The notes under the pieces: model-generated
The model's input: only the letters and a program-made list of their open reading frames with translations
The model's database searches: none
Told to the model about the DNA's origin: nothing
Shown here: positions 1 to 10,333 of the stretch, in pieces
How positions within the stretch are numbered: position 1 is the first letter of the stretch
Layout: the number at the start of each line of letters is the position of its first letter
Program-made: the position numbers and the translations under genes
From: Candidatus Woesearchaeota archaeon
GTDB lineage: Archaea; Nanobdellota; Nanobdellia; Woesearchaeales; JABGUJ01
Direction of reading: 5' to 3'
NCBI GenBank assembly: GCA_018646625.1
Contig: JABGUJ010000001.1
Coordinates: 441,534 to 505,533, forward strand
DNA: 64,000 nucleotides

Positions 1-1
1 T

Positions 2-70
2 AGTACCTTCTGATTTAACAAGTTCAACTAGCGCATCAACGCCTGTTTGTATCACTTTACTTCTAACCAT
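2..70 (-). CDS. 5' fragment of a hypothetical protein (MVRSKVIQTGVDALVELVKSEGT...), runs off the window
   Basis: ATG at 70, frame open to the window edge; not in the ORF track because it is truncated. Confidence 0.55.
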   Translation of the reverse strand, partial: MVRSKVIQTGVDALVELVKSEGT

Positions 71-143
71 TGTTAAGCACTATAACCTCTGTATTTAGCT
101 AATATAGACCTTAACCGTTAGGTCTTTATAAAAAGCTATTCTT

Positions 144-1118
144 TTAAATTACTAAATCATCCACATCATACTTATCTAAATGACTGTTAACTGATTCATT
201 ATCAAGTCTAAACCAGCTAGACATGTTTTGTATCTGATGTGCGGTTCTGCCAGGATATCCCCAATAAACATAATCCACCATACTTCTCCCAGATTGATAG
301 AAGTTAGGCTCAATCTCAGGATATGTTATATCCAGATCAATCAAGTCTTGTCCATAAATTATACTTTCAATACCATATTCTGATGAGTTAAGATCACCTT
401 CCAATCTCATCAGATAGCTAGGCCCTTCTTCATGTGGTGAGTAATAACTTCCATTTGTATAAATCTGCAAATTAGTTGTATCTCCATCACTAACATATGA
501 AGAGAAACTCGAAACAACAATAAAGCTTCTAAGATAACCGTTTGTTCTTATTGTGTAAACAGGATCTTCAAATCCTGAAATATAAACTCTAGCACTCACC
601 GGAACACTTCTTGTCCATCTTGCGGTGCCTTTACTATCTGTAACATTATATGTAACATTAAGATAAACTGAAACATAAAACGGACTATCATGAGATACTG
701 CCTGGCTATTGATTGTCAGATTAAACACAATATCTAATTTCGCTGCTTCCAGTTGCATCTTTTCTAACCAATCATCAAAGGTATTATTCACCATAATTGT
801 AATACTATCTCCATACAAACTTCCGTTATTAAAAAGTTCAAAGAAATCAACTGAAACGTTATCAACATATTCTCCCGCAGATGCATAATCTGCCAACCCC
901 AGTAGTGCTCTATATCCTGAAATTTCAACGCCTCTGCTAATATCTAATTCTACATCACTAGCAAACGCATCCATAGTTCTTATACGGGTATCAAGAATAA
1001 ATGATTGACTCCTAAGACTTCCTTCTTGTTCTAGTGCGACTGTCAAAATTAACAAACCCATGAAGACTACTGCAATATACGTAAAGAAAATTCCTTTTTT
1101 ACTTTTCATCATGTCCAT
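144..1118 (-). CDS. Class III signal-peptide (pilin-like) secreted/membrane protein
   Basis: KKG|IFF cleavage-like motif followed by a hydrophobic helix; last gene of an overlapping 5-gene operon; GAGGTGA RBS upstream. Confidence 0.65.
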   Translation of the reverse strand: MDMMKSKKGIFFTYIAVVFMGLLILTVALEQEGSLRSQSFILDTRIRTMDAFASDVELDISRGVEISGYRALLGLADYASAGEYVDNVSVDFFELFNNGSLYGDSITIMVNNTFDDWLEKMQLEAAKLDIVFNLTINSQAVSHDSPFYVSVYLNVTYNVTDSKGTARWTRSVPVSARVYISGFEDPVYTIRTNGYLRSFIVVSSFSSYVSDGDTTNLQIYTNGSYYSPHEEGPSYLMRLEGDLNSSEYGIESIIYGQDLIDLDITYPEIEPNFYQSGRSMVDYVYWGYPGRTAHQIQNMSSWFRLDNESVNSHLDKYDVDDLVI

Positions 1119-3034
1119 ACTCTCACCTCAACAAGAGCCGGACCCCATAAACTTGGAACATCGCTTTGATTATTAACATCTGTATCTATGTTTGATGCGT
1201 TAAAGAATGGACCAACCAAATCTGCTAATCTTTGTTCTGCATCATCAACTGCTTCTTGTGCGGTAGAAAACACACCACCTATACCAACTCTGGAAGGTAC
1301 ATAAAAACTATAATCAATTGTAGACTCCGGTCTAATTATATTTCCTCCTAAGTCTCTTAAACGAATATAATTAGTAGCAGTCTCTGATAGTGATAGATAA
1401 TTCTCTGGAATGTAGACCGTTGTTGGAACGTCTCTTGCTGCAGGAGTTTCAAAAACTTCATTACCTGGAGGATTAGATGTGCCTGCACTAACTTCCAAAG
1501 AATATGATGTGGTTTGAACAATATTGGCTTTTACGTCGCCCATATCCGTTGCACCCGCGGGAAAAGAAAAACTAGTAGTCTTATCTGAGGAAGATCCTCC
1601 ACCAAACTCAAAAGAATCTGTGACTTTTATGCTTCCATATTCTGGAATGTTATCAGTCATGGTATAGTTTACTTCAACATAAGAAGATCCGCTTGGATCA
1701 TTAAATGGATCTGAATAAATGCTAACCTCTGTTTCACCCCAACGATAATCTCCATAATTATTGAAATAAACTATTATGGTATTTGTACCATCTATGAGAT
1801 CATTCGCAACTTGATTAGGAGAATATCTATATACCTCATTAGATGCTGGATGATTATCCGAATCAAACGGCGAGTCATCATTCAAGAACATAATATAATC
1901 ATAGTCTCGCATCCTTCTCCAGCCATTCCATGATGCGAACCGACCAAACCACCACCATCCTGAATTATAATCATAAATATCATGTCCTACTACTTGAACA
2001 GATACGCTAACGTTAGTTGCTGAAGGTGGAATGTAAAAAGGAACAACTTGCCATGCTCCACATTCATCATCTCTAACTGCTGACTCAACACTGTGTGTAT
2101 CATCAAAGTAATATTTATTTGATACAAAAGAAGAATAATCTGCAGGACTTTCAGTTAATTCATACTCGTATTGCAAAAACGTTCCAGGATGCAAATGTGC
2201 GTTATATCCTACATTTCTTAATGATAATCTGACTCGATTTATGCCATGTTGTAAACAACCATGAACATTGTATTCACAAAAAGCCCCTTCCCCTCCCGTA
2301 AAACAATTATCATTTCGGTTTATAGTACATGCGCCGTTGTTTATATCCACAGTAGTGTAACTTCTATCATCACTATGAACCGAAACATAAAACGTGGCGT
2401 TAGTAAATATAGTATCAGGGCTTATGTTAAAATATTTAGTAATATATGCCCATCCTGGGCCGCTATTTCGTCCACGCCATCCTGCGCCTTGAGGTGAGAA
2501 CGAAATTGTTTCAACATGCGTGCTAGTTATTTGATTTGCACTTGCACTTGCAACATATCCATCTACTGGGCGGTTATATTCTACACCTGAAATTATTTTT
2601 TTAGCACTGTTAATAGTTGTGGGCGTTACATTACTTCTCTGATATATCATATCGTTTACATTCGCATACACTCCAAAACCATAGTTTGAAGAAATAAGAT
2701 GTTCTGTCAGCTCTCTAGTGATGTTTTGGGCAATGGTTATATCGTCCGAAGACCAAAGTTTACCGAGCACCTCTATTACCGAACTATTACTGTCCGAACT
2801 ACTGAGAGTACCCCCCGTGAATAAACCCTCTACATATGAATTCTCAACCTCGCCCATTTCTAACTCAGATAAACAGGTTATAAGATCTTGAGAAATATGA
2901 TTAACATGCACGGTAGGACTTCTTGCAATATAATTACTTGATATTAACAACACACCTCCAAGTAAAATGGCTGCAGCCAGCAAAGCATCTAGTGAAAAGA
3001 AAAAACCAAGTTTTGATTTACTAATCAATGCCAA
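1109..3034 (-). CDS. Large class III signal-peptide protein, putative minor pilin/adhesin
   Basis: KLG|FFFSLDALLA N-terminus, then a long Asn/Ser/Tyr-rich beta-type extracellular region. Confidence 0.65.
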   Translation of the reverse strand: MALISKSKLGFFFSLDALLAAAILLGGVLLISSNYIARSPTVHVNHISQDLITCLSELEMGEVENSYVEGLFTGGTLSSSDSNSSVIEVLGKLWSSDDITIAQNITRELTEHLISSNYGFGVYANVNDMIYQRSNVTPTTINSAKKIISGVEYNRPVDGYVASASANQITSTHVETISFSPQGAGWRGRNSGPGWAYITKYFNISPDTIFTNATFYVSVHSDDRSYTTVDINNGACTINRNDNCFTGGEGAFCEYNVHGCLQHGINRVRLSLRNVGYNAHLHPGTFLQYEYELTESPADYSSFVSNKYYFDDTHSVESAVRDDECGAWQVVPFYIPPSATNVSVSVQVVGHDIYDYNSGWWWFGRFASWNGWRRMRDYDYIMFLNDDSPFDSDNHPASNEVYRYSPNQVANDLIDGTNTIIVYFNNYGDYRWGETEVSIYSDPFNDPSGSSYVEVNYTMTDNIPEYGSIKVTDSFEFGGGSSSDKTTSFSFPAGATDMGDVKANIVQTTSYSLEVSAGTSNPPGNEVFETPAARDVPTTVYIPENYLSLSETATNYIRLRDLGGNIIRPESTIDYSFYVPSRVGIGGVFSTAQEAVDDAEQRLADLVGPFFNASNIDTDVNNQSDVPSLWGPALVEVRVWT

Positions 3035-3528
3035 ACTTGCACCACCATATTGACTAGCGTAGAATTGTATATCACAATTCTCTTAATACTAACTAAGTTA
3101 TCATAATCTTCGGGTTCAATGCCGTGAGTATCATTCTGTCCTAAATTCATCACTCCGCCAGTTGAGTTCTCAAAGTAGAAATAGAAGTCGTACGGTGTCT
3201 CAAATGTTGTTCTAGCTTGAATGTATGTTACATTATACAAGAATTGATCTAGCTTGGTAAGATTTATTCGATTTCTTCCGTTTGTTATTCCTATCTTTTG
3301 AACATTTGATGAAGTCCAATTGGCTGGACTGCCTTGAGAGATTAACGCAGATGCAACTGCTTTAGCATCGAGCATAGTTTCTTCCAAAACTTCATCATTA
3401 TTTACAATTGTATTATTGCTATACGCATAATAGACAAAAACCACCACAAAGAAAATAATTATTCCTACAATAAAGTCGGTATACCATACTTGTCCCCGTT
3501 TATTGATTGAGATTAACCACACCTCCAC
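3025..3528 (-). CDS. Class III signal-peptide pilin-like protein
   Basis: KRG|QVWYTD plus hydrophobic helix. Confidence 0.7.
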   Translation of the reverse strand: MEVWLISINKRGQVWYTDFIVGIIIFFVVVFVYYAYSNNTIVNNDEVLEETMLDAKAVASALISQGSPANWTSSNVQKIGITNGRNRINLTKLDQFLYNVTYIQARTTFETPYDFYFYFENSTGGVMNLGQNDTHGIEPEDYDNLVSIKRIVIYNSTLVNMVVQVWH

Positions 3529-3895
3529 TCTTATTGATGTAATTAATGCCCTTTATCAAATCTCCACTAACAGCTACAACGCCTATAGCATAATCATAAT
3601 TCTCAGAAATCGCAATTATTGTATTGCTCTGGATAGAAATGTTATAGCTATCTCCATTTTCTAACAAAACAGGAAGCGTAAATTCTCTATAGTATCCATC
3701 TAACATATCTGCCGCCAGATTAAGTTCATTATGCACCATATAGGACACATCTTCTAAAAGAAAACGTTCTTCTCTGCTAGAAAGTTCACTAAACTCGCTC
3801 CTTGTTGACGCGACAAAAACAATCAAAATAGTAAACGCGATCGCTACAAGCAGAACAAACTCGAAAGCCACTTGGGCCTTTACGTTCCTACCCAT
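3500..3895 (-). CDS. Class III signal-peptide pilin-like protein
   Basis: KA|QVAFEF with Glu at +5 plus hydrophobic helix. Confidence 0.75.
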   Translation of the reverse strand: MGRNVKAQVAFEFVLLVAIAFTILIVFVASTRSEFSELSSREERFLLEDVSYMVHNELNLAADMLDGYYREFTLPVLLENGDSYNISIQSNTIIAISENYDYAIGVVAVSGDLIKGINYINKSGGVVNLNQ

Positions 3896-4284
3896 ACATA
3901 ACTCCCTCTAGATTCGATAATAACATTGTGTATACCAGAAGTAGTAGGTAGGCTTCCATTTATTGGAACTGAAGATAGCTTAACAACATCATCCACGCCT
4001 TTTTGTCTTCTAACTTGAAAGGTGATTTCATAGTCTCCTATTGAAATATTGTTTATCTTCTTTGGAAAGAAAACTCTAATAGTAGTTCTTGATGGCTCAC
4101 CCAAATAATAGATTGCTTCAGCAGAATCCAATACTTTGCTAGCAATTTGATCTACTTGATTAGAAATAATATCATCATTCATCTGACCAGAATGAGTTTG
4201 GAAAATCATAATCAAAGGAACCGCTATAACAAACACTAAACCAGCAATTACAAGATATTCCATGCTAATTTGTGCATTTTTCAA
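3880..4284 (-). CDS. Class III signal-peptide pilin-like protein
   Basis: NA|QISMEY with Glu at +5 plus hydrophobic helix. Confidence 0.75.
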   Translation of the reverse strand: MKNAQISMEYLVIAGLVFVIAVPLIMIFQTHSGQMNDDIISNQVDQIASKVLDSAEAIYYLGEPSRTTIRVFFPKKINNISIGDYEITFQVRRQKGVDDVVKLSSVPINGSLPTTSGIHNVIIESRGSYVWVGT

Positions 4285-4404
4285 CCTACCACCCCTTTTA
4301 AATCAGAATTCATTTCTAGCTTTATAAACCTTGCTGTGGATACGTTATTCTCCGGCGTTATACGCACCAATACTTTAATAAATAATTCACCTACTCTATC
4401 AACT

Positions 4405-5616
4405 ATGGAAGCACCATGGGTTAAGAAATACCAACCCAATTCCACAAAAGAGTTGGTTGATCAGGATTCTGCAGTTAAACAAGCATTAGACTTTGTTAGA
4501 AACTTCAAGAAACAACGAAAAAAAGCAATACTTCTTTACGGTGCGCCAGGTTGTGGTAAAACTTCTTTAGTACATGCCATTGCAAACGAATTTAATCTTG
4601 AATTAATAGAAGTAAATGCTTCCGACACTAGGAATAAAGACGCAATCCACGAAATAATCGGAAATGCCTCTAAACAAATGAGTTTATTCATGCAAGAAAA
4701 ACTTATTCTGCTTGACGAAGTAGATGGCGTATCAGGAAATAGCGACCGAGGTGGAATACCCGCAATTGCATCAATAATTGAGAGTACTCGTTTTCCTATA
4801 ATCATGACCGCAAATGATCCTTTCCATAAAAAATTCTCTTCATTAAGAAAAAAAGTTACTATGGTTCAACTAGAACCTATGATTTATACAGCATCCCTTA
4901 AAGTTCTTGAGAGCATTTGTAAAAAAGAAGGGGTCGAATATGAAGAAAATGTTCTAAAAGCTTTGGCTAGAAGGTCTGGTGGAGATCTAAGGGCTGCAAT
5001 AAACGATTTGCAAACCTTAGTAACTAAAGATAAGAAAATATTGAAAGCGGATCTTGATGAATTAAGCCAAAGAGAACAAATTGAATCTATAAATAATGCA
5101 TTACTTAAGGTTTTCAAAACTACTGATCCCAATCTTGCAATTCATGCATTTGACAACGTCAATGAAGATCTTGATAAATGTTTTATGTGGCTTGATGAAA
5201 ATATTCCTAAAGAGTACAAAAAACCAGAAGATCTTGAAAGAGCATACAACTTCATGTCTTTAGCAGATGTTTACTCTAGGCGAATACGTAGATGGCAACA
5301 TTGGAGATTCATGGTTTACATTAATGCGTTTTTATCTGCCGGTATCGCAGTATCAAAAGATGAGAAATACAAAAAAATGGTTTCTTATCAACAAAGCCAA
5401 CGTCCATTAAAGATTTGGTTAGCCAATCAAAAATACAATAAACGAAAAGCCATTGCTGAGAAGATCGCATCCCATACCCATTCTTCAACAAAACTTACAA
5501 TCAAGAATACTCTACCTTACATTAAACACATCTTTAAACACGATAAAGCTGCTGCAGAAAGTATGGCTGAACAATTCGAACTTGATAAAGATGAGATTTC
5601 TTGGTTAACTAGATAA
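4405..5616 (+). CDS. rfcL: Replication factor C large subunit
   Basis: PWVKKYQP, Walker A GAPGCGKT, EVNASDTR, Walker B LLDEVD, GDLRAAIN; start moved to ATG 4405 downstream of a TATA-like box. Confidence 0.93.
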   Translation: MEAPWVKKYQPNSTKELVDQDSAVKQALDFVRNFKKQRKKAILLYGAPGCGKTSLVHAIANEFNLELIEVNASDTRNKDAIHEIIGNASKQMSLFMQEKLILLDEVDGVSGNSDRGGIPAIASIIESTRFPIIMTANDPFHKKFSSLRKKVTMVQLEPMIYTASLKVLESICKKEGVEYEENVLKALARRSGGDLRAAINDLQTLVTKDKKILKADLDELSQREQIESINNALLKVFKTTDPNLAIHAFDNVNEDLDKCFMWLDENIPKEYKKPEDLERAYNFMSLADVYSRRIRRWQHWRFMVYINAFLSAGIAVSKDEKYKKMVSYQQSQRPLKIWLANQKYNKRKAIAEKIASHTHSSTKLTIKNTLPYIKHIFKHDKAAAESMAEQFELDKDEISWLTR

Positions 5617-5617
5617 T

Positions 5618-6292
5618 TTACTTAACAATAAGAGGATTGAAGTTTGTATTTTTATCATAATGGTCTTCATTCTCTGCCTTCTTTAACCAATTAATGACAA
5701 AATATGTAACTGGGGTCAATACTACTTCAAGCATAACCTTCAGGAACCACCCTGACAAAATAGAATAAAACAGTATATTGTTTGGGATTACAAAAGAGAG
5801 CGCAATAACGTAGAATAGAATTGTGTTAGCTCCTTCTCCTACAATTGTAGAACTGATTGTTCTCAACCACAAGTGCTTGCCTTTGGTCCAAACTTTCATT
5901 TTAGCCATAATATAATCATTTAGAATTCCGCCAGTCCAAACAGCAATCCACCCACCAACTAAGATTCTTGGCACCTGACCTAAAACTCTGGTGTATGCTG
6001 CATTAGCATCGAAACCTACCGCGGGAGGAAGAAATACAACAAGAGAATAAATTATACCTGCGATCACTGAACACAATAAAACTTTCCACACTACATTTCT
6101 TGCAACAGAATATCCATAGACTTCAGTTAATACATCCGCAATTATGTACGTAACCGGAAAATACAAAACAGTTACAGATACTGTAAACCACCCTAATTGC
6201 ACAATCTTCCCTGCAGTAACATCTGAAACTAGCTGGAAAGTTATATACAAGAGTGTAATCAGTCCTAAGTATTTGTAATGTTTCATCTTCAC
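5618..6292 (-). CDS. VUT/YhhQ-family queuosine-precursor (preQ0/preQ1) transporter
   Basis: FPVTYIIADVLTEVYG and LWLRTISSTIVG motifs, multi-TM. Confidence 0.85.
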   Translation of the reverse strand: MKMKHYKYLGLITLLYITFQLVSDVTAGKIVQLGWFTVSVTVLYFPVTYIIADVLTEVYGYSVARNVVWKVLLCSVIAGIIYSLVVFLPPAVGFDANAAYTRVLGQVPRILVGGWIAVWTGGILNDYIMAKMKVWTKGKHLWLRTISSTIVGEGANTILFYVIALSFVIPNNILFYSILSGWFLKVMLEVVLTPVTYFVINWLKKAENEDHYDKNTNFNPLIVK

Positions 6293-6352
6293 TAAGTTAT
6301 TTCATAGAATAAATATCTAATGAATATAAAGAATATGTTTTATATTGAGAAA

Positions 6353-7075
6353 TCAAACGCCACCACCAAGATAAATACTCTGAATCTTGGGATCTTTCAA
6401 AAGCTGCTTACCCGGTCCATCTAACTTATTTCTACCCAGTTCTAAAACATAAGCTCTATCAGACAAACTTAAAGAAATCTTAGCATTTTGTTCTACAATC
6501 ATAAAAGAAATTCCTTCGTTCTTATTAATATCAACAACCTTTTCAAAAATCATCTTCTTAATCTGGGGAGACAATCCTAATGAGGGTTCATCTAGAAGCA
6601 TAAGTTTAGGACGTAACATCAAGGCACGACCAATTGCGACCATTTGTTGTTCTCCGCCAGATAAAAGTCCTGCTTTTTGACTTTGTCTTTCCTTCAATCG
6701 CGGAAACTTTCTAAATATCTCCTTCATCTCTGCTTCAATGTCCCCTTTTTTGATATACGCACCAAGCTCTAAGTTTTCTCTAACAGTCATAGATGGAAAT
6801 ACGGAACGACCTTGAGGAACAAAAGTTATTCCTTTTTTTACAATATCGGAAGCTTTGTCTTTGATTATATTTTTCCCTTTATAGAAAATATGTCCTTTTC
6901 TTTTTGATATTAATCCGAATATATTTTTCAAAACAGTGGATTTACCCGCACCATTAGGACCAATAATACTTACAATCTCTCCTTCATTCAAATGCATATT
7001 TACACCATGAAGTATTTGGATTGGCCAATACCATGAATCTAAGTTCCTGATGTCCAGCAATCTTTTTTCTACCAT
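6353..7075 (-). CDS. livF: Branched-chain amino acid ABC transporter ATPase
   Basis: GPNGAGKS, LSGGEQQM, LLDEPSLGLSP. Confidence 0.9.
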   Translation of the reverse strand: MVEKRLLDIRNLDSWYWPIQILHGVNMHLNEGEIVSIIGPNGAGKSTVLKNIFGLISKRKGHIFYKGKNIIKDKASDIVKKGITFVPQGRSVFPSMTVRENLELGAYIKKGDIEAEMKEIFRKFPRLKERQSQKAGLLSGGEQQMVAIGRALMLRPKLMLLDEPSLGLSPQIKKMIFEKVVDINKNEGISFMIVEQNAKISLSLSDRAYVLELGRNKLDGPGKQLLKDPKIQSIYLGGGV

Positions 7076-7695
7076 TTTAATTCGCTTAAACTATCAATTA
7101 TAAGATCAGCATCTTTTAATTTTGATCTTGGAAATGTGTTTGTCACAGCTACGCAAAACATTTTAGCTCTTTTAGCTGCTTTGATGCCATTTAATGAATC
7201 CTCTACAACGATACATTCATTTGGTTTTACTTTAAGTTTTTTAGCTGCTGCCAAGAAAATATCTGGCGCAGGCTTACCATGCTTAATATCATCCGCAGTA
7301 ACTCTATTTCTAATATCAAATCCCCCGCACTTAAGGTTAAATGTTAGTTTTCTCTTATTACCTGCAGTAGCGACCGCGATTTTAATTTTCTTTCTGCGTA
7401 ACATTGATATGAATGTTTTTGCACCTGAAAACGGTTTTATTGTTTTCTTCCCATACTTCTCATACAAATCATATCTTGCTTTTACAAATTCATTAGCATT
7501 AATCTTTACCTTTCTTTTCTTTGAAACTATCTTTACAATTTCTCGTAGATTAACGCCAGTATAATTCTTATACTCTTTTTTAGTCATTTTTACGCCGAAT
7601 TGTTTAAACACTTCACCAGCCGTATCTAAACTAGCCCCTTCGCTATCAACCAGCACACCATCGACATCAAATATAACTGCTTTAATCATTCGCAA
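7069..7695 (-). CDS. HAD-superfamily phosphatase (beta-PGM/CbbY-like)
   Basis: FDVDGVLVDS, GKPAPDIF, VVEDSLNG. Confidence 0.9.
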   Translation of the reverse strand: MRMIKAVIFDVDGVLVDSEGASLDTAGEVFKQFGVKMTKKEYKNYTGVNLREIVKIVSKKRKVKINANEFVKARYDLYEKYGKKTIKPFSGAKTFISMLRRKKIKIAVATAGNKRKLTFNLKCGGFDIRNRVTADDIKHGKPAPDIFLAAAKKLKVKPNECIVVEDSLNGIKAAKRAKMFCVAVTNTFPRSKLKDADLIIDSLSELKW

Positions 7696-8447
7696 CCCTC
7701 TGTTCCGCCTAAATAGGCCTCTAAAACTTTCTTATTCTTCTGAATTTGTTTAGGTGTTCCAATAGCAATCTCTTCTCCATGATCTAATACCACAACTGTA
7801 TCGCACATTTCCATAACAAACTCCATATTATGTTCTACTAACAATATAGTTTTACCTTGATCTTTCAGTTTGTTAATCAAACCTTTAATTTTCTTAAGCA
7901 TGGTGAGATTAACACCTGCTGCAGGTTCATCTAATAATAACAACTCAGGATCATTAACTAATGCTCTTGCAATTTCTAACAATTTTTGTTGTCCATAACT
8001 AAGATTTTTTGCTAGTTCATTCTTTTTAGCATGCAGATCTACAAATTCTAACATTTCTATTGCTCTTACCAATCCTTGTTTGACCTTTTTTCTCATTAAA
8101 GGATTTCTAAATATTGCCGCCTTAAAACCTTCATCTTGATTTTTCATCGCTAACAACATATTTTCTAATACAGTCATGTTAGGAAACAATCTGATCATTT
8201 GAAACGTTCTAGACATACCCATTCTAGCGATAATGTGTGGTTTCAATGAAGTAACATCTGCGCCATCAAAAATAACAGTACCTCTGTCTGGCCTAATGAA
8301 CCCAGTAACTAAATTGAACACAGTTGTTTTACCTGCGCCGTTAGGACCTATCAAACCAACTATCTCGCCCTTTTTAACATGGAAGTCACAGTCATGAACT
8401 GCTTTAATTCCTCCAAATTCCTTGTGCAAGTCTGTTACTTTAAGCAT
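7686..8447 (-). CDS. livG: Branched-chain amino acid ABC transporter ATPase
   Basis: GPNGAGKTT, LSYGQQK, LLDEPAAG. Confidence 0.9.
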   Translation of the reverse strand: MLKVTDLHKEFGGIKAVHDCDFHVKKGEIVGLIGPNGAGKTTVFNLVTGFIRPDRGTVIFDGADVTSLKPHIIARMGMSRTFQMIRLFPNMTVLENMLLAMKNQDEGFKAAIFRNPLMRKKVKQGLVRAIEMLEFVDLHAKKNELAKNLSYGQQKLLEIARALVNDPELLLLDEPAAGVNLTMLKKIKGLINKLKDQGKTILLVEHNMEFVMEMCDTVVVLDHGEEIAIGTPKQIQKNKKVLEAYLGGTEGCE

Positions 8448-9381
8448 TCTTCTTCGTCCTCAATTTTATTTTAGGTTTTTTCATTCCTAATAATTTCCGT
8501 AAATCAAACTTCTTTGTTGTAGAAGTTTCACCAAAAATACCTTGCGGTCTAAATATCATCATAAGTATCAAAGATACACTATAAATCATCTGCCTTAGTG
8601 CTGCCGCCGCTGAACTTGGCAGGCTTATGAATCGTAATGGCTCTGGCAATATTACCAGAATGATTGCACCAACCACGGAACCAATAATTGAACCTGCTCC
8701 TCCCAAAACAACCATACACAACATCAACACAGTTTCCATCAATGTAAACGTAGATGGATCAATAAATGTAATATAATGCGCATACAAACTACCCGCAACA
8801 CCTGCAAACATTGCAGACAAAGTTAATGCTTGAAGCTTGTACTTAACAACATTTTTACCTAATGATTTCGCAGCAATCTCATCTTCTCTGATAGACTTCA
8901 ACACTCTGCCAAATGGAGACTTAACCAACCTATTCACGATAACGACAGTAATTATTGCAACCACAACAACCAACAACAAATACATATCAATACTTGCAAA
9001 TTGAACTCCGAATAACGAAGGTTTAGGTATGCCTGGTAATCCTAACGGACCTCTAGTTAATCCAGTCCAATTTTTCATTACCGCCCGAATAATTTCTCCA
9101 AAACCTAAGGTGGCAATAGCTAAATAATCTCCTCTTAATCTTAAACAAGGCACTCCCACCATAAATCCAAAAAGTCCCGCCATTATCGCCGAAGCAATTA
9201 AAGCAATCCACCAAGGAACACCTGCAAGAGTTAGCAAAGCAGAAGTGTACGCGCCAATACCATAAAATGCGGCATGACCTATGTTAAACAATCCAGTAAA
9301 ACCTACCGCTAAGTTTAAACTTATACTAAGAACTACGTATATCCCACACAAAACTGCGATGTGAAGTAAATAGTCGTACAT
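8440..9381 (-). CDS. livM: Branched-chain amino acid ABC permease
   Basis: GHAAFYGIGAY, RLRGDYLAIATLGFGE. Confidence 0.9.
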   Translation of the reverse strand: MYDYLLHIAVLCGIYVVLSISLNLAVGFTGLFNIGHAAFYGIGAYTSALLTLAGVPWWIALIASAIMAGLFGFMVGVPCLRLRGDYLAIATLGFGEIIRAVMKNWTGLTRGPLGLPGIPKPSLFGVQFASIDMYLLLVVVVAIITVVIVNRLVKSPFGRVLKSIREDEIAAKSLGKNVVKYKLQALTLSAMFAGVAGSLYAHYITFIDPSTFTLMETVLMLCMVVLGGAGSIIGSVVGAIILVILPEPLRFISLPSSAAAALRQMIYSVSLILMMIFRPQGIFGETSTTKKFDLRKLLGMKKPKIKLRTKKNA

Positions 9382-9384
9382 TCT

Positions 9385-10275
9385 TTATTCTCCCTGTGCT
9401 CTTATATCTTCTTCTCTTCCTGAGCCAAATATTCCGCTAGGTTTGAAGATAAGCATGATAACTAATATTACAAATGCGATTGCATCTTTATATCCTGAAG
9501 GAATAAACCAAATTCCAATATTCTCTACTAGTCCAATTAACAACGCACCAACAACTGCACCCCAAATATTACCAATTCCTCCAACAACTGTTGCAGTGAA
9601 CGCTTTAATACCTATAGTCACACCCATTGTAGGTTCCAGATTTTGTTCGATACCAATTAATATACCACCTGCGGCTGCAAGCGCAGAACCAATTGCAAAA
9701 ACAGTTGCAATAACTCTGTCAGTATTAATACCAATAAGTTTAGCCACTTCAAGATTATCTGCAGTAGCTCTCATGGCTTTTCCTAATTTTGTTTTCTTGA
9801 TAAACAACCAAAGCAACAACATTAACACAATAGTTGTGGCAATAATCATTAATTGAGTATCTGTAACAATTGCTCCTAGAATATTATGTCCTTTTGATAT
9901 CTCTCCAGTTCTAAACGTTCTAATTTCTGATCCCCACACTAATAATGCGAGACTTTGTAAGAATATAGATAAAGCGATGGCTGTAATCAATGGCGCTAAC
10001 CTTGTAGATTTTCTTAAAGGCCTATACGCAACCCGTTCAATTATTACACCAACTATTGCACATAATATCATAGATATAATGAATGCAGCAACGATCGGCA
10101 CATGATACACTTTAGCTAGCACATATGCAAAATATGCACCAAGCATGTACACCTCTCCATGTGCAAAATTAATGAACTTCAGAATACCATAAACCATGGT
10201 ATAGCCTAATGCTACAAGCGCATAAATAGAACCAGCGATAATACCATTTGCTATTAATTGTGCTACAATACTCAT
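9385..10275 (-). CDS. livH: Branched-chain amino acid ABC permease
   Basis: GSIYALVALGYTMVYGILKFINFAHGE. Confidence 0.9.
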   Translation of the reverse strand: MSIVAQLIANGIIAGSIYALVALGYTMVYGILKFINFAHGEVYMLGAYFAYVLAKVYHVPIVAAFIISMILCAIVGVIIERVAYRPLRKSTRLAPLITAIALSIFLQSLALLVWGSEIRTFRTGEISKGHNILGAIVTDTQLMIIATTIVLMLLLWLFIKKTKLGKAMRATADNLEVAKLIGINTDRVIATVFAIGSALAAAGGILIGIEQNLEPTMGVTIGIKAFTATVVGGIGNIWGAVVGALLIGLVENIGIWFIPSGYKDAIAFVILVIMLIFKPSGIFGSGREEDIRAQGE

Positions 10276-10333
10276 TTATCTGCCACCATTTATCCTTTTA
10301 TTACTTTGTTTTTATATCTTATGTTTAAATTAT

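Noticed and set aside
106..125. Short inverted repeat AGACCT..AGGTCT
   Set aside because: Single short copy; an operator or terminator role cannot be distinguished from chance
4270..4404. N-terminal extension of RFC-L in the ORF track
   Set aside because: Overlaps the divergent promoter region; homology begins at MEAPW
6293..6352. preQ1 riboswitch upstream of the YhhQ-type gene
   Set aside because: Short AT-only spacer with no P1 stem or conserved loop
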